Notes under the pieces: model-generated
Told to the model about the DNA's origin: nothing
Seen by the model: the letters and a program-made list of their open reading frames with translations, nothing else
The model's database searches: none
Made by a program: the position numbers and the translations under genes
Assembly (NCBI GenBank): GCA_963825055.1
Contig: CAWGSK010000003.1
Location: forward strand, 39,060-103,059
Reading direction: 5' to 3'
Length of the DNA stretch: 64,000 nucleotides
DNA from: an uncultured Gemmatimonadales bacterium
Lineage (GTDB): Bacteria > Gemmatimonadota > Gemmatimonadetes > Gemmatimonadales > GWC2-71-9
Shown here: positions 57,162 through 64,000 of the stretch, piece by piece
Layout of the letters: each line of letters begins with the position of its first letter
Position numbering within the stretch: position 1 is the first letter of the stretch

Positions 57162-58583
57162 GTGGACGCGGTGGTAGTGGGCAGTGGCCCCAACGGCCTG
57201 GTTGCGGCACTGAGGCTGGCCCGCGCGGGCTGCCGTGTGGAGGTGCTCGAACGGGCCGGCACTCCGGGGGGCGGGGTCCGCTCGTCGGAATTGACGCTTC
57301 CCGGCTTCGTGCACGACACCTGCGCGGCCGCCTTTCCACTCGGGGTCGGTTCCCCGGCACTGGGCACGTTCGACCTGGCGCGGCACGGCCTCGAATGGTG
57401 CGCCCCACCCGCGGCGCTCGCGCATCCGTTCGATGATGGCCGCGCCGTCCTGCTGCGGCCCTCCCTGGATGACACCGCCCGCGGGCTCGACCGGGACCGG
57501 GCCGCGTGGCGCAATCTCTTCACCGGCCTCGTCCGTTCCTGGAACGACATCGCCAGCGACATCCTCGGACCGGTCGGCGTGCCCTCGCATCCCGCTGCCA
57601 CGCTGCGCTTCGCCCTCGGCGCGGTACAGTCGGCCTCGGGACTGGCGGTCCGCCACTTCGAGGGCCGGGAGGCGCGGGCACTGTTCGCCGGCTGCGCGGC
57701 CCACGGATTCCTGCCGCTGTCCCAGCCGGGCACGGCCGCGTTCGGGCTCGTTCTGGCCACGCTCGGACAGGTATACAACTGGCCGTTCGTGACCGGCGGC
57801 GCCGCCCAGCTGACCAGGGCGCTGGTGGACGAGCTGCAATCCCTGGGCGGCGTGGTCCGGGTGGGGCATCCGGTGCAGTCGTGGGCTGACCTTCCGCCGG
57901 CGCCGGCGTACCTGTTCGATACCTCGCCCCGCGAACTGGGCCGCATCGCCGGCCACCGCCTCCCTTCCCGGTACCGGCGGGCCATCGCGCGATGGCGCTA
58001 CGGCCCGGGGGTCTTCAAGCTGGACCTCGCGCTCGACGGTCCGGTGCCCTGGATGGCGCCCGAGTGTGCAGAGGCCGGGACCGTGCATCTGGGAGGCACG
58101 ATCGAGGAAATCATGGCGTCGGAAGCGGCGGTTGCACGCGGGCGGGTGAGCACCAGGCCGTTCGTCCTGCTTACCCAGCCCAGCCTGTTCGATCCGAGCC
58201 GCGCCCCCGACGGCAGCCACACCCTCTGGGCGTACTGTCATGTCCCGAATGGTTCCACCGAGGATCTGACCGGTGCCGTCGAGGCCCAGCTCGAGCGATT
58301 TGCACCGGGCATCACGAGGCGGATCATCGGACGGGCGACCCGCCACGCCATGGCGCTCGAGGCGTCCAATCCCAATTATGTGGGCGGCGACATCAATGGG
58401 GGGCGGCAGGACCTGAGACAGGTCCTTGCCCGGCCGGTGATGGGGCCCGTACCGTACAGCACGGGAGCCCGTGGTATCTACCTGTGCTCCGCCTCGACGC
58501 CGCCAGGCGGGGGAGTACACGGCATGTGCGGCTGGCATGCCGCCGGGCAGGCATTGCGTGACGTCTTCGACCGGGAGCCCTGA
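57162..58583 (+). CDS. Phytoene dehydrogenase-like NAD(P)/FAD oxidoreductase
   Basis: VVVGSGPNGL, GGG, PGFVHD, GGDINGG, CSASTPPGGGVHGMCG. Confidence 0.9.
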   Translation: MDAVVVGSGPNGLVAALRLARAGCRVEVLERAGTPGGGVRSSELTLPGFVHDTCAAAFPLGVGSPALGTFDLARHGLEWCAPPAALAHPFDDGRAVLLRPSLDDTARGLDRDRAAWRNLFTGLVRSWNDIASDILGPVGVPSHPAATLRFALGAVQSASGLAVRHFEGREARALFAGCAAHGFLPLSQPGTAAFGLVLATLGQVYNWPFVTGGAAQLTRALVDELQSLGGVVRVGHPVQSWADLPPAPAYLFDTSPRELGRIAGHRLPSRYRRAIARWRYGPGVFKLDLALDGPVPWMAPECAEAGTVHLGGTIEEIMASEAAVARGRVSTRPFVLLTQPSLFDPSRAPDGSHTLWAYCHVPNGSTEDLTGAVEAQLERFAPGITRRIIGRATRHAMALEASNPNYVGGDINGGRQDLRQVLARPVMGPVPYSTGARGIYLCSASTPPGGGVHGMCGWHAAGQALRDVFDREP

Positions 58584-58624
58584 GGCACACCCATCGCACG
58601 GCCCGGCCGTGCAGGAGCGCTTCC

Positions 58625-58951
58625 ATGCAGACCCTGGTGCAGGTCCTCTGTTCCAGCGGCGTCAGCCTTCGGGACGCCGTCGTCCATCACCCACGGCTCG
58701 AGCGCTACCAGCTCCAGGTGACGGAGCAGAAACGGCCCAACCGGAGCCCGGGCTGGGCCAAGATTCACGGCCTCGACCGCGAGATCCCCGGCGCCATCAA
58801 CCTGCACTGGGAAGACCAGGCCGGCATGCTCATCTGCCGGGTGGTGACCCGCGGCCGGAGCGACCCCGGAATCATCATCGGGCATTTTGTGGCGTTTCTC
58901 CTGCGGTACTTCCGGCGGCGCATCCAGACGATCACGGTGGTGCCGCGATAG
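58625..58951 (+). CDS. Hypothetical protein (108 aa)
   Basis: AGGAG SD, good codon usage, fills the gap. Confidence 0.72.
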   Translation: MQTLVQVLCSSGVSLRDAVVHHPRLERYQLQVTEQKRPNRSPGWAKIHGLDREIPGAINLHWEDQAGMLICRVVTRGRSDPGIIIGHFVAFLLRYFRRRIQTITVVPR

Positions 58952-58954
58952 GAC

Positions 58955-59037
58955 AGGGAGTAGGGAGCAGGGAGCAGGCGGTCACCATTCCCTACTCCCT
59001 ACTCCCTACTCGCTACTGCCTACTGCCTACTCCCTAC
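58955..59037. repeat. Inverted heptamer arms
   Basis: AGGGAGT AGGGAGC AGGGAGC ... (TCCCTAC)x3 TCGCTAC (TGCCTAC)x2 TCCCTAC. Confidence 0.85.
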
Positions 59038-59081
59038 TGTTCACCCCTTTGACTCCCGTGACCTTCGAACAGGGAACCCGC

Positions 59082-60119
59082 ATGACCACTCCGTACGTCG
59101 AATACCGCCGCCGCATCGTCCTGCTCCTGGTCCTGGCCCTCGCCGCCTGCGGCGGAGCCAATCTTCCGGATGTCGAGCTGGCCCCGGCGCCGCCCCCCGC
59201 CCCCTGGATGGGGATCATCGGCGAGTACGCGTGGCGGGATACCACACTGTTCCTGCTCGAACGCGACGGTCACCTCCGTGCCTTCATTCCCGGCGTCATC
59301 GATACGACACTCGTGGACACCCCGGATCCGGACGTGTTCCAGGTGCCCGGGTCGGACGACCTGCTGCAGGTACGACGGGAGGGTGCCGGACCGGCGGCGT
59401 CCGTGGAATGGCGCGGTGTCGTGGCCACGCGACGCCTGCGCGACCTTGGCGCGTCAGGGCAACTTCACGTCACACCCGTGAGGCCCGTGGCGGAGCTTCT
59501 CACGGAGGCGCGCGCCGCCCGGCCGCTGGTGGATTCAGGCGCCACACGGAAGCCGGACCTCGTCTCCCTCACGGCGCTCGACTCGACCATCCATCTGGAC
59601 ATCCGCTACGCCACGACCAACAACTTCCTGGGCACGCCATTCTATGACACGGCGGCCGCATGGTTGCAGAGACCGGCGGCGGAGGCCCTCGTCCGGGTGA
59701 GCCACACGCTGGCCCGGCAAGGGTACGGTCTGCTCATCCACGACGGCTACCGTCCGTGGTATGTGACCCGGACGTTCTGGGACGCGACCCCGGACAGCCT
59801 GCGCTGGCTGGTGGCGGATCCGGCGCACGGCAGCCGGCACAATCGAGGCGCTGCCGTAGACCTGACGCTCTATGACCTCAACACCGGTGAGCCGGTCCGC
59901 ATGCCGGGGACGTACGACGAAACCACCTACCGCTCCCAGGCGAATTACCCCGGAGGCACGTCCCGGCAGCGCTGGCTCCGGGCCCTCCTGCGTCGATCCA
60001 TGGAAGCCGAAGGGTTCCATGGCATCCGGTCGGAATGGTGGCACTTCGACTACGGTGACTGGGAGAAGTACCCCATCCTGAACGTGCCATTCGGCGAGCT
60101 CGCGCACCGGCAGCGGTGA
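59082..60119 (+). CDS. D-Ala-D-Ala dipeptidase (M15D, DdpX/VanX-like) with lipoprotein N-terminal extension
   Basis: DIRYAT-NNF, DGYRP, SRHNRGAAVD, EWWHFD; lipobox LAAC. Confidence 0.9.
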   Translation: MTTPYVEYRRRIVLLLVLALAACGGANLPDVELAPAPPPAPWMGIIGEYAWRDTTLFLLERDGHLRAFIPGVIDTTLVDTPDPDVFQVPGSDDLLQVRREGAGPAASVEWRGVVATRRLRDLGASGQLHVTPVRPVAELLTEARAARPLVDSGATRKPDLVSLTALDSTIHLDIRYATTNNFLGTPFYDTAAAWLQRPAAEALVRVSHTLARQGYGLLIHDGYRPWYVTRTFWDATPDSLRWLVADPAHGSRHNRGAAVDLTLYDLNTGEPVRMPGTYDETTYRSQANYPGGTSRQRWLRALLRRSMEAEGFHGIRSEWWHFDYGDWEKYPILNVPFGELAHRQR

Positions 60120-60751
60120 GCGGCCCCGCGGTGGACCTGGCCGGAACGCCGCAGGCACGTTTCCGCCGCGCGCTGGTCCGGGTGCTGCCGGCCTGGGCCG
60201 GCGGCGCCCTGCTGTTCGTCCTGCTGTGCAATGTTCTCGCGGCGGAGATAGCCCCGGCCGCCGGAATATTCACCCTGATCGGGCGGGGGCTGCTCATCGC
60301 CCTGTCGCTGCTGGCTGGACTGGTGCTTGGCGCAGCGATCGGGGCACTGGGTGCCTTCGGCGAGAGCCTTGCGGTTGCCGTCGCCGGTGCGCGGGGGCTG
60401 TATGGCAGGGTGGATCGCCCGGATGACACCCGGCGGATTCCGCTCGACGACCTTCCGGCGCGCTATGACGACATCGCCGGGAGCATCACGGACCGGATGC
60501 CGCTCCCACGCTTCGGGCGGCGCATGCTGAATCGCTGGCTCCGACGGGTGCTCCTGGAGAACTTCGTGAACGATGCCAGGGCGCGGGAACGCACCGACGC
60601 GACGACGGCGGATGTCCGCCACTGGCTGCTGGGACACGGCCTGGCCCTCGCGCTCCGGGGCGTGCGGGACCAGCTCGGCCTGTGGCGAATGCTGCTGATG
60701 GCGGTGCTGCTGCTCCTCGGAGCCGTCCCCCTGCTGCTCCTGCTGGCCTGA
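60116..60751 (+). CDS. Hypothetical membrane protein
   Basis: Three hydrophobic segments; GTGA coupling. Confidence 0.7.
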   Translation: MSGPAVDLAGTPQARFRRALVRVLPAWAGGALLFVLLCNVLAAEIAPAAGIFTLIGRGLLIALSLLAGLVLGAAIGALGAFGESLAVAVAGARGLYGRVDRPDDTRRIPLDDLPARYDDIAGSITDRMPLPRFGRRMLNRWLRRVLLENFVNDARARERTDATTADVRHWLLGHGLALALRGVRDQLGLWRMLLMAVLLLLGAVPLLLLLA

Positions 60752-60808
60752 ACCGTCACCATTTCTTTACAATTCAGTGATGAAGACCGCGACGATCCCG
60801 CGCTAGAT

Positions 60809-60836
60809 TCCCGACACCCGACACCCGACACCCGAC
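60809..60836. repeat. Heptamer tandem repeat abutting the phoX start
   Basis: TCCCGAC (ACCCGAC)x3 C ATG. Confidence 0.85.
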
Positions 60837-60837
60837 C

Positions 60838-62202
60838 ATGCTCACCTCCCGCCGCGATTTCATCAAGTCGTCCGCCGCCGCAGGCGGCCTGGTTCTTGGC
60901 CTCGAGGGTCTCGCCCTGCGCGGCACGATGGCCTGCACTCCTGGCGCCGGTGAACATGGCGTCGAGACCGTCGAGGGAAGCTACGGTCCTCTCTCCATCC
61001 GGCCGGCGGCCAACACCGGCGAGTCGCTCATCGCGCTCCCGGATGGCTTCGAATACAACGTCTTCGGGCGGACGGGCGACCCCCTGAGCGACGGGCACGC
61101 GACCCCGCCCAACCATGACGGCATGGCGGCATTCGCGGTGGGCGACGAGTGGCGGCTGGTGCGGAACCACGAGATCAAGACCATCACGCCGGGGAAGGAC
61201 ATTCCCATCGGGACGGCAGCGAGGTCCTGGGATGTGCGGAGCGGCGGGGGAACCACCACACTGGTCATCGACCCGAAGACGCGCCTCCCGGTGCGCGCAT
61301 TCGTCAGCCTGAGCGGCACCAACACCAACTGTGCCGGCGGACACACCCCCTGGGGCTCCTGGATCAGCTGCGAGGAAGTCGTGGTCGGGACGGCCGCGGG
61401 TTTCCACCAGGATCACGGGTACTGCTTCGAGGTCCCGGCGGAAAGTGATGGTGAGGTGGAGCCGGTGCCGCTGCGCGCGATGGGCCGGTTCGTGCACGAG
61501 GCGGTTGCCGTGGACCCCGGCACGGGGCACGTGTACGAGACCGAGGATGCGCTGAGCGCGGGGTGCTACCGCTTCATCCCCAGGGAACCCGGTCACCTGG
61601 CCGCCGGCGGGCGCCTCCAGATGCTCGCCATCGACGGGCGGCCCGGCTACGACACCCGGACCGGGCAACGTCAGGGCACGGAGTTACCGGTGGTGTGGGT
61701 GGATATCCCGGACGCCGATCCGGCATCAGCCACCATCGCCAACCAGGCCGTCTACAATCAGGGCCGCTCGCGTGGCGGCGCGACCTTCGGCCGGCTGGAA
61801 GGCTGTTTCTGGGGGAACGGGAAGATCTACCTGAACGCCACCAGCGGCGGCGAGGCGCACGCGGGACAGGTCTGGCAGTACACACCGGACGGGGACCGTG
61901 GCACGCTCATGCTCCTGTTCGAGTCTCCCCGACGGGACGTCCTGAACATGCCGGATAATCTCTGCGTGAGCCCCCGCGGCGGCCTGGTAATCTGCGAGGA
62001 TGGTGACGGCGTCCAGCACATGCGTGGCCTGACGAAGGAAGGCCGGATATTCGACTTCGCCCGGAATGCCATCCCCCGCTACGAGAACCGGGAGTGGGCG
62101 GGTTCCACTTTCAGCCCGGATGGCAGCACGCTCTTCGTGAACATCCAGGCGCCGGGCGTGACCTTCGCCATCTGGGGCCCCTGGGACCGCGGCGCCCTCT
62201 GA
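60838..62202 (+). CDS. phoX: PhoX-family alkaline phosphatase (DUF839), Tat-exported
   Basis: SRRDFIK Tat motif, HDGM, RNHE, NCAGG-TPWG-WISCEE, MGRFVHEA, PDN, CEDG, NIQ-PG. Confidence 0.88.
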   Translation: MLTSRRDFIKSSAAAGGLVLGLEGLALRGTMACTPGAGEHGVETVEGSYGPLSIRPAANTGESLIALPDGFEYNVFGRTGDPLSDGHATPPNHDGMAAFAVGDEWRLVRNHEIKTITPGKDIPIGTAARSWDVRSGGGTTTLVIDPKTRLPVRAFVSLSGTNTNCAGGHTPWGSWISCEEVVVGTAAGFHQDHGYCFEVPAESDGEVEPVPLRAMGRFVHEAVAVDPGTGHVYETEDALSAGCYRFIPREPGHLAAGGRLQMLAIDGRPGYDTRTGQRQGTELPVVWVDIPDADPASATIANQAVYNQGRSRGGATFGRLEGCFWGNGKIYLNATSGGEAHAGQVWQYTPDGDRGTLMLLFESPRRDVLNMPDNLCVSPRGGLVICEDGDGVQHMRGLTKEGRIFDFARNAIPRYENREWAGSTFSPDGSTLFVNIQAPGVTFAIWGPWDRGAL

Positions 62203-62231
62203 CGTCGCCACTCAACGACTCAACGGAGCAG

Positions 62232-63134
62232 CTAGCTCCCCTCTCCCCCATTCCCCTCCACCGTCCCGATCCCCGGGAACTTCGCCGCCCGCTCCCAGAT
62301 GCGCTCCTCCACGTTCTCGACGAACAGCTGGAGGTGGGGGAACGGAATCTCGATGCCGGCCGCATCCAGTGCCACCTTCACCGTCTCCATCACGCGGTAG
62401 AAAATCGGCCGCTCCTGCGAGGCATCCGAGATCCAGATCCGTACTTCCAGGTTGACACTCGAGTCGCCCAGTCCCGTGGCGACCACCGTCGGCAACGGGT
62501 CCGGCAGCACGCCGTCCAGCTTCCGCACCGCCTTGAGCAGCACCTCGCGCGCTTCGGCGATCTGTTCCTTGTAGGCTATCCCCACCGGCACGTTGATCCG
62601 CGTCTTGCCGTACATCGAGTGGTTGACCAGCATGTCCCCGATGATCTGCTTGTTGGGGATGACGACGTAGGTATTCTCCTGGGTCCGGATCCGCGTGGTC
62701 CGCATCGTGATGTGCCGGACCTCGCCGTACTTGTCCTGCGTCTCGATGAAGTGGCCCACCTCGAAGGGACGGTCCCAGAAGATCAGGAAGCCGGCGATCA
62801 TGTTGGCGATTGATTCCTGCGCCGCGAAGCCGACCGCGATACCCACCACCCCGATGCCGGCCAGGGCGGCCCCGACGTTGATCCCGAGCTGGCTCGCGCT
62901 CATGACGAGACCAAGCCCGATGATTACGACCTTGTACACGTTGTCCACCAGGAGGTGGATCAGTGCCTGGGCAAAGCCCGCCCGGCGGAGGAGGGCGGTG
63001 AGGGGCGGGCGAGTCACGCGGTACATCGCCCAGAACCCGATCAGGATCACGATCGCCACCCCGAGCTTCGGGATGAAATCGATCACCATGGTCCCGACCC
63101 GGTCCCAGTCCACCCAGCCGAATACGTCGCTCAT
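62232..63134 (-). CDS. mscS: Small-conductance mechanosensitive channel
   Basis: Three TMs, GIAVGFAAQ, N-IAG, RPF-VG, IPN, GIEIPFP. Confidence 0.92.
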   Translation of the reverse strand: MSDVFGWVDWDRVGTMVIDFIPKLGVAIVILIGFWAMYRVTRPPLTALLRRAGFAQALIHLLVDNVYKVVIIGLGLVMSASQLGINVGAALAGIGVVGIAVGFAAQESIANMIAGFLIFWDRPFEVGHFIETQDKYGEVRHITMRTTRIRTQENTYVVIPNKQIIGDMLVNHSMYGKTRINVPVGIAYKEQIAEAREVLLKAVRKLDGVLPDPLPTVVATGLGDSSVNLEVRIWISDASQERPIFYRVMETVKVALDAAGIEIPFPHLQLFVENVEERIWERAAKFPGIGTVEGNGGEGS

Positions 63135-63231
63135 TGACCGCCCTCCCCTGCGCGCACGGTCCCACCGTGCCGGTTCAGTGTCCCAGGACCTTCGGCTCCG
63201 CTCCCCGCAAGATATACGTTAGTTTCCCGGC

Positions 63232-64000
63232 GTGACCGTCCACGCCGCTGTCTCCGTCCGCCGGCGGACCGGCATCGGCCTCGTCCTCCTGCTCGCACTG
63301 CCTGCTCAGGCGACGACGCAGGCCCCTCCACCAACCCGTCTACCCATCGCGATCGATTCCATGCCGGCCGACGCCTGCGCGCCCGACCCGAGGGACCGCC
63401 CCATCCAGGTCTTCCTGCCACCCGGGTACGCCGAGGATCCCACGCTCCGCTTCCCCGTCCTCTATGCCAACGACGGACAGGACATGGGCGCGTGGCAGCT
63501 TCGGGAGACGCTCGCGCGCCTGACCGCCGACGGTGTCATCGAACCGCTCCTCGTCGTCGCCATTCCCGCCGGACCCGGCCGGCTCCGCGAATACGGCATT
63601 GCGGGGACCCCCAACGCGAAGGGACTCGGCAATGAGGCCGCGGACTACGCCCGCTGGCTGCTCCAGGTCCTGAAGCCCTGCATTGACGACCGATACCGCA
63701 CCCGGCCCGGCCCGGCGCACACCGCCATCATGGGCGCATCCCTCGGCGGCCTGAGCGCCTTCGACCTCGCCTGGAACCACCCGGAAATCTTCGGCGCGGC
63801 GGGAGCGTTCTCGGGTTCCTTCTGGTGGCGGACCGACGACAGGACCCCCGCACGCCAGCAGGCCTCCCGCATCGCGCACCGCATGGTGCGGAAGGGGCCG
63901 CGCTCCAGCGCCCGCTTCTGGTTCGAGGCAGGCGCCGTGGACGAAACCGCCGACCGCGATCGCAACGGCGTCATCGACGCGATCCAGGACGTCACCGAGT
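63232..64000 (+). CDS. Secreted alpha/beta-hydrolase esterase (Fes/IroE-like); runs off the right edge
   Basis: Manual translation: VFLPPGY, FPVLYANDGQD, GASLGG nucleophile motif, SGSFWW. Absent from the ORF track. Confidence 0.85.
   Translation, partial: MTVHAAVSVRRRTGIGLVLLLALPAQATTQAPPPTRLPIAIDSMPADACAPDPRDRPIQVFLPPGYAEDPTLRFPVLYANDGQDMGAWQLRETLARLTADGVIEPLLVVAIPAGPGRLREYGIAGTPNAKGLGNEAADYARWLLQVLKPCIDDRYRTRPGPAHTAIMGASLGGLSAFDLAWNHPEIFGAAGAFSGSFWWRTDDRTPARQQASRIAHRMVRKGPRSSARFWFEAGAVDETADRDRNGVIDAIQDVTE

Noticed and set aside
56658..58583. In-frame TGA (57138-57140) between the lipoprotein and the FAD oxidoreductase as a second Sec readthrough
   Set aside because: No redox motif context. 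Fusing a lipoprotein to an enzyme with an N-terminal Rossmann motif is implausible, and GGAGG follows the stop.
59082..60119. Vancomycin-resistance vanX locus
   Set aside because: No vanH/vanA/vanRS nearby; the lipoprotein architecture fits a housekeeping DdpX-like enzyme.

Overview
High-GC chromosomal segment with about 70 tightly packed, mostly housekeeping or envelope genes. The gene content (many lipoproteins, a Ser/Thr kinase, Ig-like/TolB protein) suggests Gemmatimonadota, which is my inference. I see no rRNA, tRNA, CRISPR array, prophage or transposase. Recognisable genes: otsA/otsB, selD, rnhA, a leuB-family dehydrogenase, msrB, thiolase/slipin/hbd, thyA-folA, an EF-G paralogue, udk, corA, a stand-alone LigD polymerase, an aminotransferase, an acyl-CoA synthetase, a D-Ala-D-Ala dipeptidase, phoX and mscS. 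Signals the ORF track misses: (1) selD starts at 6377 and reads through an in-frame TGA (selenocysteine) with a SECIS-like hairpin. (2) Seven intergenic loci carry polarised heptamer tandem repeats, purine-rich after stop codons and pyrimidine-rich before starts. Several form inverted arms, and two loci bracket small cargo genes, one of them a GIY-YIG nuclease inside its own inverted repeats. (3) Sigma54 -24/-12 promoters with IHF-like sites precede an orphan pseudopilin plus c-di-GMP enzyme pair, and a lipoprotein/pseudo-receiver activator/lipoprotein/TPR locus. (4) At least seven genes look leaderless and two appear to start at CTG. Start coordinates were refined by hand. All family assignments come from motif recognition, not database searches.
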